A stretch of 64,000 bases of DNA from an uncultured Armatimonadia bacterium (GTDB lineage Bacteria; Armatimonadota; Zipacnadia; CAVVLO01): contig CAVVLO010000005.1 in the NCBI GenBank assembly GCA_963749155.1, positions 352,001 through 416,000 of the forward strand, written 5' to 3'. Positions 30,641-40,051 of this stretch are shown here, piece after piece. The position numbers and the translations under genes are program-made. Each line of letters begins with the position of its first letter. Position 1 is the stretch's first letter. The notes below the pieces were generated by a model. It saw only the letters and a list, made by a program, of their open reading frames with translations. It did not search any database and had not been told where the DNA came from.

Positions 30641-33600
30641 TACTGACGCCAGGTGAGCTTGAAGGCCAGCCCGGCAGGTTCGTCGATATACTTCAGCAAC
30701 AAGGTCTCGCCTTCGACCATGAAGTCACACTTGCGCGGCTTGCCGTCTGCGCCGAGGGCTTCCACCGAGGCTACCTCGCGTCCCGCCAGGCCCAGGCGCG
30801 CGCGCGCATCGCAGTTGGCAGGACCTGAAACCAGCAGCTTCAGTCCAGCCTCATCTGCCTGTTGCCAGTTGAGTTTCGAGGTTATCCAGAGCACTGTTGG
30901 GGTGGGCGCTGAGAGTTCTGCCGACACATCGCGCAGCAGGCAATGCTCTTCCTGCCCGAGGACAAGCTCCTCTATAAGGCTGAGTTCGGGATCGAAGATA
31001 TTGATAAACGTCCCGCTCAGCCTGCGCTGGCCTTCCCATTGCTTGCAGAGGGTATAAGGCCCGCGCTGCAGAAGCAGCCCTTGCTGGTCGGCCTCCGCAG
31101 GGGCGCTGAGCCCTTGTTCCTGCAAGGTCAAAGCCAGCAAGCGCTGCACCAGTTCAGCGCCCTGGGGCGTCTTCGCGGTAAGGGCGGGATTTACTCCCAG
31201 GAACCAGAGTTGCCCAGCGTCGACCGCGCGATGGAATCCAACCGCCTTGCCTCCCTGCCCTGCGGTCAGCAAGGTCTCAGCCTCAGCACAGGGATAAGCG
31301 CTGACGCGAGGAGAACCACTGGAAGGCAACTCGTCAAAGCCTCCGGTCAGCAGCGAGCCGGCCGGGACGACCAGCGAGCGAGCTACCGCGCGTGGTTCGG
31401 TGTCCGAGACGCTGACTCGATACTGGTTCTGGATCATCAGTCGCACCATAAGGCGTTGGCCCTTGGGGAAGGTGAAACCATATATCCAGAACCGGTCACC
31501 ATCGGCAAAACGTATTCCGTTGTAGCCCGAGCCATGATCTACAGCGACGTAGGGAGCCTCTTCGGGACTGCCTGTCAGGAAGCTTGTTGCAAGCTGGCCG
31601 TTAACCCAGATTTCCACCTGCTCTACCGCGGCGCCCCAGCCGTCCTCGGGGAGAGTGTCCTCAAACTTGATGAAGGCCTGACCAGTCGAGGCAATCTGAG
31701 CAGAGAGTTCAAGGTCGATCCAGCCCCGATTATCTCCGTTGCGGCCGGTGTAGTCGCTTTCAAGGGCGGTGACATATTCGCCCTCGACTGCCCCGTCCGT
31801 ACCCAGGTTGTCGCGCGCCGCGACCTCGACTCCAAGCTGGGCAAGGAGTTCATCCTGAGGAGAAGCGAAGCCCGCAGCCTTCCACCACTCGTCCACTTCG
31901 TCGAAAGCATCGCCCGCGCCAAAGAGGACGAGGGTGCCGCCTGCCTTTACCCAGTCGGCCAGGGCTGCATTGACTGCGGCCTCCAGCGGTTTCTGCCCGT
32001 CATAACTGAGGAAGAGCACCTTGTACGGCGCCAGATATCCGGGTTCAGCGAACCTGTCTATATGGGCAACATCGAAGGCATAGCCTGAATAGAGGAGGGG
32101 CAACATCAGGCCGTAACAGCCATCCATATCACTGGCCAGGGGGCCACCGCGCTGATAACAGGCCCCATCTCCGAAAGCCACAGCGACCTGCCCAGCGGGA
32201 TTGGCCCAGGCCCAGTCGCCGTCGAAGTCCTGCATTTCTTCAAGGGCCCGGATGATACTCATCACTTCCTGTTCATACTGGTCTGGGATGCGCCCGAAAA
32301 CTCGCACAGGCCAGGGGATGACTTCATAATTGCTTACCTCGGGCCGCATCAGGGCGCCGATTACGGTCGCCTCATATTCGAAATGGTACTGATCCATCGT
32401 CAGGCTGGGCGCGTCCGCCAGGGGATCTTGCAGAAACCAAACCGGCACCAGCCCTCGGCACAGCGCGTAGGCTGAGGAATATTCGAGATAGCCCAGCTCT
32501 ACGATGCGAGGTTTGCTTACGCCGGCATACCGGATGGCGCCGCGCAGCATATCCGACCAGGTCTGGTTGACCATCTCGGTGACCAGGCCAGTCTTCAACA
32601 GCTTGTAATGCGGGAAGACTGCGCCGATTGCCGTGTAGTTTACGGGGCTGTGGGCCAGCAGGAAGCGCTTGACCGAGGGATCCCAGTCCTGGGCGAGTTT
32701 GTAGATCTCACTCATTATGTGGACTTCCATATCGCCCTTCAGGATTTCCCATTCCCAGCGGTTCTGAGGGGTCTGGTCATCGCTCCACGGGCGACCATAA
32801 CGCTCTTCGAAGGCCTGTTTGAAAGCGCCCGAATAGCCTGCCGAGGAGAAAAACTCCGGCTCCTCCGGGCAGACGCCTTGCGTACCCCCCTCAAGTGCTT
32901 CAGTAAAATACTCAAGCGCCCGCTGGACGCGGTTCTCGCTGGGCACGAGATAATAAGAACCCGGCCCGCAGGTCAGCGCCGTGCCTCCGCCTGTGGTCTG
33001 ACAGTCCTCGGGATGGGCGTCCACCCAGGCCTGCCCATCGCGGAAGCCATACATCACATGGGTCTCGTAACCCTTGCGCTGCCAACTCTTTATTTTCTCT
33101 GGATCGCTTCCAGCGACAATTGCGATGTCGGTCTTGAGATCGTTCGTATCGAGATATCCGGTCGGATTCTGGAAGGAGCTGCGCGGCGGATTGGCCCTGC
33201 TTGCGAAGGGGCCTTCGGCTGCTGACAGATTGGCGCCAAGGAAGCTCTCGAGGGCATCAGGGATAGCATCCAGGTCCAAGTCAAGTCCATCAGGGAAGAA
33301 TTCCAACGAATACACCTCGACAGGTTCGGTTGCAGTGAGCCTGAGCCATACCTCTCCCGAGTCCAGAGGCGCCGGCACTTGGAAACTGAGTTGGGTTATT
33401 CCAGCCAGAACCCGATTACCTTTCGAAGGACTTTCAATCCAGCTTTTGCCTGGGCGCGTCTCGAGCTTGAGGGGGCCAGAGGTTTCAAGCAGCACGCCTC
33501 CTGCGGGCAGCATCGAGGCTGGAAGTTTGAGGGTAAGCGTTGCGCCCGAAGCGAAGGAAGCCACAAGTGGAGCAAGCTGCACTCCCTGACTGGCTTCGAG

Positions 33601-34224
33601 GTAGCGCTCTGCGGCCTCCGTCCCAAGCAACACGCTGGTTGCCTGAGGCGCAAGAGAAGCGACCAGAGCCTTGAGCTCAGTTTCATCCAGCCCTTCGACC
33701 TCGGTGGCAGGACACACCAGGACATCGTCAATCCAGACTTTGGCGGGGGCCAGTGAACGTATCTGCGGCGAGAAATCCGCCGTCACGGCGCCTTCGGGGG
33801 CTTCAATTAGCTGATACAGAAAGACCCAGCCACCCGAGTTCGCTGGCAGCTCAGGGCCAAATTGGCCAACGTACCCCGCCTCGCCAAAAAAGCGCACGTA
33901 AAGGTGATCAACGGGTGAGCAGGCCTCGGTCCACACCCAGGCAGCCACCAGCCAGCGCCGCACGTTTTCGGTGCGCCAGGAGGGGCACTGACCGCCGCCC
34001 CAGTCGTCCCTGCGGTGCCTCTCAAAAGCCAGCGAATACTGCCCTGTATGGCTTCTCAGCGCAGACCGGCTTGCCAGGTCACCGAGCGCGGCATTGAAAG
34101 ACCAGCTCTGAGGGCTGGTTCCATCTCCGGCCTCAAAGCCCGGATTAACGACCTGGTTGGTCGCAGCCAGGCCAATCCCGGCTCCAAGTAAAATTGCAAA
34201 TAGCACAAATAAACCGCTACGCAT
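30640..34224 (-). CDS. Large secreted multidomain glycoside-hydrolase-like protein
   Basis: Signal peptide, CBM4/9-like NPGFE domain, DxDxDxIPD Ca-binding-like motif, PEEPEF TIM-barrel region, trimerisation-like LADWVKAGGTLV. Confidence 0.7.
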   Translation of the reverse strand: MRSGLFVLFAILLGAGIGLAATNQVVNPGFEAGDGTSPQSWSFNAALGDLASRSALRSHTGQYSLAFERHRRDDWGGGQCPSWRTENVRRWLVAAWVWTEACSPVDHLYVRFFGEAGYVGQFGPELPANSGGWVFLYQLIEAPEGAVTADFSPQIRSLAPAKVWIDDVLVCPATEVEGLDETELKALVASLAPQATSVLLGTEAAERYLEASQGVQLAPLVASFASGATLTLKLPASMLPAGGVLLETSGPLKLETRPGKSWIESPSKGNRVLAGITQLSFQVPAPLDSGEVWLRLTATEPVEVYSLEFFPDGLDLDLDAIPDALESFLGANLSAAEGPFASRANPPRSSFQNPTGYLDTNDLKTDIAIVAGSDPEKIKSWQRKGYETHVMYGFRDGQAWVDAHPEDCQTTGGGTALTCGPGSYYLVPSENRVQRALEYFTEALEGGTQGVCPEEPEFFSSAGYSGAFKQAFEERYGRPWSDDQTPQNRWEWEILKGDMEVHIMSEIYKLAQDWDPSVKRFLLAHSPVNYTAIGAVFPHYKLLKTGLVTEMVNQTWSDMLRGAIRYAGVSKPRIVELGYLEYSSAYALCRGLVPVWFLQDPLADAPSLTMDQYHFEYEATVIGALMRPEVSNYEVIPWPVRVFGRIPDQYEQEVMSIIRALEEMQDFDGDWAWANPAGQVAVAFGDGACYQRGGPLASDMDGCYGLMLPLLYSGYAFDVAHIDRFAEPGYLAPYKVLFLSYDGQKPLEAAVNAALADWVKAGGTLVLFGAGDAFDEVDEWWKAAGFASPQDELLAQLGVEVAARDNLGTDGAVEGEYVTALESDYTGRNGDNRGWIDLELSAQIASTGQAFIKFEDTLPEDGWGAAVEQVEIWVNGQLATSFLTGSPEEAPYVAVDHGSGYNGIRFADGDRFWIYGFTFPKGQRLMVRLMIQNQYRVSVSDTEPRAVARSLVVPAGSLLTGGFDELPSSGSPRVSAYPCAEAETLLTAGQGGKAVGFHRAVDAGQLWFLGVNPALTAKTPQGAELVQRLLALTLQEQGLSAPAEADQQGLLLQRGPYTLCKQWEGQRRLSGTFINIFDPELSLIEELVLGQEEHCLLRDVSAELSAPTPTVLWITSKLNWQQADEAGLKLLVSGPANCDARARLGLAGREVASVEALGADGKPRKCDFMVEGETLLLKYIDEPAGLAFKLTWRQ

Positions 34225-34253
34225 CTTTGATACCTCCTGAGACTGATTAAGTA

Positions 34254-34305
34254 ATTGGCTGAAAAGTACTGTTAACCTGCAGGGAGAGGGGCCAGTGAAT
34301 GGAAC
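34254..34305. promoter_or_regulatory. Overlapping divergent SigH-like promoters centred on CCTGCAGG
   Basis: Plus strand GCAGG(34279-34283)-N18-GAAC; minus strand GCAGG(34280-34276)-N18-CAAT. Confidence 0.5.
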
Positions 34306-34378
34306 CTGTTCGCCATTCTGGGTATAATTGGAGAGAGCCAGACCGCCTTGCTTTGCGCGCGGCCTGACCTTGATTCAC

Positions 34379-35746
34379 ATGGCTGTCGAGCAAGCACCAG
34401 AGAATATCAAATCGGTTGACCCCGCCGCTCTGTATCGGCGGAACTTTTTATATGGGGTATTGAATGGCAGCCTCTTTATGTGGGGTTTTGCCCTGTTCAA
34501 TCCCTCGACTATCCTCTCGGTATTGCTGCTCGAACTACTTGGAAGCAAGCTCATCGTCGGGATGCTCACGACCTTGCTCTCAGCAGGCTGGCTGATTCCG
34601 CAACTGCTGGTCTCAGGTTATGTCCTCAACAAGCCGCGCAAGATGGCCTTCTACCGGGTAAACACCGTCTTCAGGACGCTCTCACTGGCCAGCTTGCCCG
34701 TCGTTATAGGCAGCCTGGGAGGCACCAATCCCAAACTTGCAGGTTATCTTATCCTGGTTTCGCTGTTTGTTTATGCGCTGACCAACGGCCTGTCGGGCGT
34801 GCCTTTTATGGATATCGTCTCCAAGATTATGCCCCCCGACAAGCGCGGTCGCTTCTTTGCGACCCGGATGCTGCTCGGAAACCTGCTGGCCTTCGGCAGT
34901 GGATTTGCCATCCAGCGAGTGCTGGACTCGCCGACGCTGGGTTTCCCGTTAAACTATGTTGTGCTGACAGGACTTGGCGTATCGCTAGTGGCAGCGGGCT
35001 GGGCGTCTTTCTGTATGGTGGAAGAGCCACCCGGGCCTGTCACTGGTCATTCGGCGACCTTGCTTTTTTCGTTCGCTCATGGGGTGCGCACCTTTCGCAG
35101 AGACGAAGACCTGCGCAGGCTCTGGGCAGTGACCATCTTCTGGTCGCTCTCGGCGATGGGATTGCCTTTCTTCGCTACGATGGCCGTCGAAGTCTTTGGC
35201 GCAACTGCAGGTTTCGCGGGCATTATGACAGGCGTGGCGGCACTGAGCGCGGCGCTATCCAATCTTTTCTGGGCGCCTATGAGCGAGTTTCGTGGTGACA
35301 GGCGCTTGTGGGTCACTTCCAGCATCGGGATGGTCGGCGTGACCACTATGAGTGTCCTCCTGGGGATGCTGCCAAGGCTCCAGGTACACCCTTCACCTGG
35401 CTGGGAGGCCCATCTGGCTGGGTTGTTTGGCCTGGGAGGGGGCGTGGTGGACTTGCGTCTACCTCTGCTGCTGCTGATGGTGGCCATCGCAGCCTTCGTA
35501 ACTAGCGGGCAGGCCCTCGGTGGCGCGACCTACTTGCTCAATCTGGCGCCCCAGCGCGCTCGGCCTACCTATGTAGGCTTCTTCAATACCCTGATTGCCC
35601 CACTTGCCATCATCAGCACTCTGGCAGGCGGGCTGGTAGACCTTTTCTCCTACGAATTGGTCTTTGGACTGAGTTTCTTCTTCTCGATTCTGGCTGTAAT
35701 CGCAGCCCACAGATTGCGCGAAGTGCGCGAAGACCTGCTCGAGTAG
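34379..35746 (+). CDS. MFS transporter
   Basis: About 12 hydrophobic segments; DIVSKIMPPDKRGRFF and LAPQRARPTY motifs. Confidence 0.85.
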   Translation: MAVEQAPENIKSVDPAALYRRNFLYGVLNGSLFMWGFALFNPSTILSVLLLELLGSKLIVGMLTTLLSAGWLIPQLLVSGYVLNKPRKMAFYRVNTVFRTLSLASLPVVIGSLGGTNPKLAGYLILVSLFVYALTNGLSGVPFMDIVSKIMPPDKRGRFFATRMLLGNLLAFGSGFAIQRVLDSPTLGFPLNYVVLTGLGVSLVAAGWASFCMVEEPPGPVTGHSATLLFSFAHGVRTFRRDEDLRRLWAVTIFWSLSAMGLPFFATMAVEVFGATAGFAGIMTGVAALSAALSNLFWAPMSEFRGDRRLWVTSSIGMVGVTTMSVLLGMLPRLQVHPSPGWEAHLAGLFGLGGGVVDLRLPLLLLMVAIAAFVTSGQALGGATYLLNLAPQRARPTYVGFFNTLIAPLAIISTLAGGLVDLFSYELVFGLSFFFSILAVIAAHRLREVREDLLE

Positions 35747-35773
35747 GCAGGGAACCGGCGCCTCAGGGCTAAC
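35747..35773 (+). promoter_or_regulatory. Putative SigH-like promoter
   Basis: GCAGG(35747-35751)-N18-TAAC. Confidence 0.45.
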
Positions 35774-35806
35774 CTCTTGTCATACCTGCCCTTCGGAGGT
35801 CGTTAT

Positions 35807-37057
35807 ATGCCGCAAGTCATATTGCTAGTGTTGCTCCTCTGCCTGCTGACAAGTCCCGCCTTCACCGAGGCCCTGAGGCTCGCTGATGGCCGTCCCCTCG
35901 TGGGTTGCTACTTCTTTGGCCATTGGTGGGAACCCTGGACCTCGGACGATAGCGCGATGGAGCGCGATCATATCCGGGTTGGTCAGATGGGCGTGAACAC
36001 GCTTTTCTATGACCATGAGTTCTCCCAGTCGCGCCACAACAACTGGAAATACCTCGACCGGGAATACAAATTCGCCGAAGCGCATAACTTTATGATTCTG
36101 CCCTGGCTCGAACTCAAGTGCGGGGCGGATTTGGCTTCTCACAGGGCGGAAGCGCTTTCGTATTACGGCACCGAGACACCGATGTCCGAGGATGTCCAGG
36201 GCAGGCCCAACAATGCCCTGCTTTGGGATATGCGTTATCAGGATCTGCTCTACCTCTACTGCTGCGAGTATCTCGACAGATACCATGATCGGCCCGGCCT
36301 GCTGCGGCTTCAGTGGGAAGGGAAGGTCAGGCCGGCGGTAGCGCTGTCGGTAGAGGTCGGCTGGGATGGCGCAGGCTATGATGAGGCTACCCAGCAGCGG
36401 TTCCGCGCCTGGCTCAAGGCCAAATACGGCTCGCTAGACAAACTCAACCAGGCCTGGGGCACGCAGTATGCTTCTTTCGAAGCGGTTGATCCTCGTGATA
36501 CAGCCAGATTCCCGTATCCGACAGACGAAGTGACTCCTGTGCCGCAGACGACCCAGGACCACGCGCACTTCCGTGCCGAGGTCGTGAACGCAGCGATGGA
36601 TGCCATCAAGCAACGGCTGCTGCGCAACTACCCCGACTTGCTCATCATCGCCGAGGTGCCTTATCCCCCTGGCTGGAAGCACCCCCACGCGGTCGGTTAC
36701 AGTTATGGGGCAGCCAGCTTCCTCGAGACAGTCACCTATGCCGATATCGTGGTGTTCCGCACCGCGGGGCCAAGCTCGATGAACGCCGAGGGGCTGATAC
36801 CTTTCAGAGCGCGCGGCCAGAAGCTCGTATTCGCCCACAGGACAGGCCAGGGCGGGTTGGAAGCCGATGTGCGCAACCAGACGTTGCTGGATGGTTATGT
36901 CAGGCAGGCGCTGGACTGGGCCGAGGGGGTTGGATTTTATAGCTGGAATGAGATGGGCGACTGTGCGATGGTCAGCAATGAGCGCGCAGAGGGGCTTATT
37001 TCGACCTACACGCGGTTCTTCCACCAGTGGGCGCGGCAGGTTGACAGGCAGCGCTAG
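35807..37057 (+). CDS. Secreted GH42/beta-galactosidase-like TIM-barrel protein
   Basis: Signal peptide, FRAWLKAKYGSLDKLNQAWGT motif, YSWNE; GGAGGT SD. Confidence 0.7.
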   Translation: MPQVILLVLLLCLLTSPAFTEALRLADGRPLVGCYFFGHWWEPWTSDDSAMERDHIRVGQMGVNTLFYDHEFSQSRHNNWKYLDREYKFAEAHNFMILPWLELKCGADLASHRAEALSYYGTETPMSEDVQGRPNNALLWDMRYQDLLYLYCCEYLDRYHDRPGLLRLQWEGKVRPAVALSVEVGWDGAGYDEATQQRFRAWLKAKYGSLDKLNQAWGTQYASFEAVDPRDTARFPYPTDEVTPVPQTTQDHAHFRAEVVNAAMDAIKQRLLRNYPDLLIIAEVPYPPGWKHPHAVGYSYGAASFLETVTYADIVVFRTAGPSSMNAEGLIPFRARGQKLVFAHRTGQGGLEADVRNQTLLDGYVRQALDWAEGVGFYSWNEMGDCAMVSNERAEGLISTYTRFFHQWARQVDRQR

Positions 37058-37123
37058 AGACCCTCTGACTTGACAATTGTGAGGCGCCGTGCGATTTTTG
37101 AAGGAGAGGCTCTCGGTAAGGTG

Positions 37124-37152
37124 TTGACGCGCCTCCGGGCCGTGGCTATAAT
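37124..37152 (+). promoter_or_regulatory. Sigma70 promoter of the tRNA operon
   Basis: TTGACG-17 nt-TATAAT. Confidence 0.85.
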
Positions 37153-37161
37153 CAACGCCGT

Positions 37162-37249
37162 GCCCAGGTGGCGGAAATGGCAGACGCGCTAGGTTGAGGG
37201 CCTAGTGAACATAACGTTCGTGCGGGTTCAAGTCCCGCCCTGGGCACCA
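37162..37249 (+). tRNA. tRNA-Leu(GAG)
   Basis: Cloverleaf, CTAGG-TTGAGGG-CCTAG anticodon arm, long variable arm, GTTCAAGT, CCA end. Confidence 0.95.
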
Positions 37250-37261
37250 GAAGCACAAAGT

Positions 37262-37337
37262 GGGCGAATAGCTCAGTTGGGAGAGCGGCTGTCTCACGCA
37301 CAGCAGGTCACAGGTTCAATCCCTGTTTCGCCCACCA
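37262..37337 (+). tRNA. tRNA-Val(CAC)
   Basis: GCTGT-CTCACGC-ACAGC anticodon arm, GTTCAAT, CCA end, 76 nt. Confidence 0.95.
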
Positions 37338-37343
37338 CTCGAT

Positions 37344-37419
37344 GCGGAAGTAGCTCAGTTGGTAGAGCACCAGCTTCCCAAGCTGGGTGTCGCGGGTTCG
37401 AGTCCCGTCTTCCGCTCCA
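37344..37419 (+). tRNA. tRNA-Gly(CCC)
   Basis: CCAGC-TTCCCAA-GCTGG anticodon arm, GTTCGAGT, CCA end. Confidence 0.96.
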
Positions 37420-37423
37420 CCCC

Positions 37424-37455
37424 TTGCACGATAATGAAACAAGCGGTAATATAAT
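37424..37455 (+). promoter_or_regulatory. Internal sigma70-like promoter before tRNA-Gly(GCC)
   Basis: TTGCAC-17 nt-TAATAT, with an overlapping TATAAT at 37450. Confidence 0.55.
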
Positions 37456-37461
37456 GCGCGC

Positions 37462-37537
37462 GCGGAAGTAGCTCAGCTGGTAGAGCACAACCTTGCCAAG
37501 GTTGGGGTCGCGGGTTCAAGTCCCGTCTTCCGCTCCA
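37462..37537 (+). tRNA. tRNA-Gly(GCC)
   Basis: CAACC-TTGCCAA-GGTTG anticodon arm, CCA end. Confidence 0.96.
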
Positions 37538-37549
37538 CCCGCAACACCC

Positions 37550-37576
37550 AAAGCCTCCGTGTTCGGAGGCTTTTTT
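37550..37576 (+). terminator. Intrinsic terminator-like hairpin inside the tRNA cluster
   Basis: AAAGCCTCCG-TGTT-CGGAGGC-TTTTTT. Confidence 0.7.
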
Positions 37577-37582
37577 ACTTAG

Positions 37583-37658
<76 letters not shown>

Positions 37659-37665
37659 CTCCTTT

Positions 37666-37755
37666 GCCGGAGTGGCGGAATTGGCAGACGCACGGGACTT
37701 AAAATCCTGCGGGGCTTATACCCCCGTGCCGGTTCGAGCCCGGCCTCCGGCACCA
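37666..37755 (+). tRNA. tRNA-Leu(TAA)
   Basis: CGGGA-CTTAAAA-TCCTG anticodon arm, long variable arm, CCA end. Confidence 0.95.
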
Positions 37756-37789
37756 GCTTCTTTGCCCGTTACCCACCGAGCCTGCTTCG

Positions 37790-37981
37790 TTAGAGCCCAA
37801 GTACGAGTTTAACTGCGCTTGCCACCACATAACCTGCTGCGTAGAGATACAGCAACGAAGCCAGCGCGAAGCAGACCACCGAAAGCGGCCTGCTCCCAGG
37901 CCAGAGCATAAATCCTGCCCCAAGCAGCAAGACGCCGACTGCCAGCAGCACCAGGAAGAACAGCGGAGCGAGAACTACCAT
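37790..37981 (-). CDS. Small two-TM membrane protein (63 aa)
   Basis: GGAGGT SD, extended -10 TGCTATAAT upstream, two hydrophobic helices. Confidence 0.65.
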   Translation of the reverse strand: MVVLAPLFFLVLLAVGVLLLGAGFMLWPGSRPLSVVCFALASLLYLYAAGYVVASAVKLVLGL

Positions 37982-38156
37982 CTGACCTCCCCTCCGAGTT
38001 AATTATAGCACTTGGCTTTGCAAAATATTTGGCAAGGCTGTTGCAAACTTTTATACAAAGAAATACCTAATATTTTGTGATATCACGCGTGGGCTTCCGC
38101 GAACTAGGGTATGATAGCGTATACGAAAGCAAGCACTTCACCTTAGGGGGAAACCA

Positions 38157-38555
38157 ATGCAGGTCCTCAAACAGCGCAAAGCCCTTCTTGTTATCAGTCT
38201 GGTAGTTGCAGTAGCAGCGCTCGCTCTTGTTATGCAGGCAGGTATCGCAGAAGACGTACAGTCAGTCGTAGCTGTAGTATCGCCCAGCACCATTGTGATT
38301 GGCGTACCAGGGCAGGACGTAACTGTCCACGTCGAACTCGCTCTGAGCGCCGTAGACGCCTCCTCGGTAAGGCTTAGCGGTCTTGTACCGCTGGGCGTCT
38401 TCGCCGACAACAGGGGAGAGCTTGTAGCCAAGTTCTCGCGCCAGGCGGTAGAGGCCATCGTAGCCCCTCCCTCGGCCATACTCGAACTTACCGGCGCTAA
38501 GAAAGACGGCGGCCTGTTCGCTGGCAGCGACGAAGTAGTCGTTCGCAACCGCTAA
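38157..38555 (+). CDS. Secreted hypothetical protein (single beta-sandwich-like domain)
   Basis: AGGGGG SD, signal peptide, alternating beta-strand pattern, followed by a terminator. Confidence 0.7.
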   Translation: MQVLKQRKALLVISLVVAVAALALVMQAGIAEDVQSVVAVVSPSTIVIGVPGQDVTVHVELALSAVDASSVRLSGLVPLGVFADNRGELVAKFSRQAVEAIVAPPSAILELTGAKKDGGLFAGSDEVVVRNR

Positions 38556-38584
38556 AGCCGTACTCCAGGCATCTGATAGACACG

Positions 38585-38618
38585 AGAGGCTCCAGGCAAA
38601 AAAGCCTGGAGCCTCTTT
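38585..38618 (+). terminator. Intrinsic terminator
   Basis: Perfect 13-bp stem AGAGGCTCCAGGC-AAAAAA-GCCTGGAGCCTCT followed by TT. Confidence 0.8.
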
Positions 38619-38697
38619 ATGTGTGTCAAGGATGGACTGCCTGCTCGCTGAGACATGGTATGATGCAAAGTCATATGGGTCAGTTGGGAGGGGCAGA

Positions 38698-39600
38698 ATG
38701 GGTGATTCAAAAACCGGATGCCATTGGCTGTTGGTTACTAATCCCGCTTTGTGGGATTCAGAGAGCATCTTTACAGCAAGCACCACGGACTGGGGTGGCG
38801 ACTTTATTAAGGCACCCGTCATGCACAAGCGAATCAAAGAAAAAGTCCGCAAGGGTGACCAGGCACTTATTACCTAACAAGCCCGAAAAGCTATAGTAGG
38901 GATTGTCAAGGTAGTTTCAATCCAGTAGAGCGCAAGGGAAGCTATCTTTAGTCTCTCCTGTGAGCGCTTGATAATCCTGTTCTCGTCTAAAGATAGAAAG
39001 AACCACAGCCCGAATGGAGTTTGTTCTGAATAGCCGAGTATGCTACTCTGACAGAGGATGAATATTCGGCGATCATCCAGCTTGCGGAAATTGTCAAGGA
39101 GTCCTCGGTATAGACGACCTACAGTCTGCAGATCCAGCATATCGAGGTACAGCGTCAGCTCGCTGAGATAGGCGGCTGCTTAGGATGCAAGTCTGGATTG
39201 CACCAGACAGCCGACAGCGAGTCTGCTCTAGCACTGACTTGTCAACTTATTGTGTTAACGAGTTACGCCCTTGGACTCGACCAAGAGACGACCTCGCTCG
39301 TTCACAGCATTGATGTGTTGTGGCTCGCGGGCAACAAGGTCGAGGCTGCATTTGAGGTAGAACATACAACTTCGATCTACTCCGGGTTATTACGTATGGC
39401 GGATCTACTAGCTTACAGCCTAATGTGACTATCAAGCTGTTCATTGTTGCACGCACAAAGTGAGCAGGTCAGACGACAGGTAACCGCATTTTTATCGACT
39501 GCCCCAACCCATGACAAAACTTCCTCTATCCATCACTCTATTCTCAATGGCCAGGTGGACTGAAGATTTCGGTGTCAAACAGACGGCGTCTTATAAGCCG
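38698..39600 (+). pseudogene. Decayed EVE-domain / PD-(D/E)XK nuclease-like gene
   Basis: HWLLVTNP..VRKGDQALI*..IVGIVKV (EVE-like), HIEVQRQLAEIG, IDVLW..AAFEVEHTTSIYSGLLRMADL; several stops and frameshifts; lower GC. Confidence 0.6.
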
Positions 39601-39608
39601 ATCTCCAG

Positions 39609-39812
39609 TCACAGCTCCTCCGTCAGCACTTCGAGGAGGGCGGTGATCTTGGTGGTGAGCAGGTAGCCGGTAGCGAGCAGCAGCAGGCCGAGGGCAAGCA
39701 GAGCCAGGGCAAGCGCGCGGGAGCGATTCCAGGCGAGGACTACTCCTGCCAGCAGGGCGATGAAGACGAGCGAGGCGAAGACCAGGATGGCGATTAGCAA
39801 AGAGTCGTCCAC
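39609..39812 (-). CDS. Small two-TM membrane protein (67 aa)
   Basis: Two hydrophobic helices with a WNRSR loop; GGAGG SD. Confidence 0.65.
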   Translation of the reverse strand: MDDSLLIAILVFASLVFIALLAGVVLAWNRSRALALALLALGLLLLATGYLLTTKITALLEVLTEEL

Positions 39813-39816
39813 GCGC

Positions 39817-40029
39817 TCAGCCTCCAGCCCCCACCGTCAGTTCTCCGAAGAAAGCCATCAGGCCATTGGCCAGCACCAGGCCCAGGGCTAGCATCACCAC
39901 CGCGAGAGCAAACAGGATATGGCTCTTCTTCCTGTCGCGTTTGAAAAAGTATAGCCCCGCGACGGCCAGAGTCCCCGAGCACATAAGCGCCATCAGCACA
40001 ACAGCCAGGAAGAGCAGATTCACATACAT
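39817..40029 (-). CDS. Small two-TM membrane protein (70 aa)
   Basis: Two hydrophobic helices with a KRDRKK loop; GAGG SD. Confidence 0.65.
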   Translation of the reverse strand: MYVNLLFLAVVLMALMCSGTLAVAGLYFFKRDRKKSHILFALAVVMLALGLVLANGLMAFFGELTVGAGG

Positions 40030-40051
40030 AAAAGTCGCCTCAGAGTGGGGC

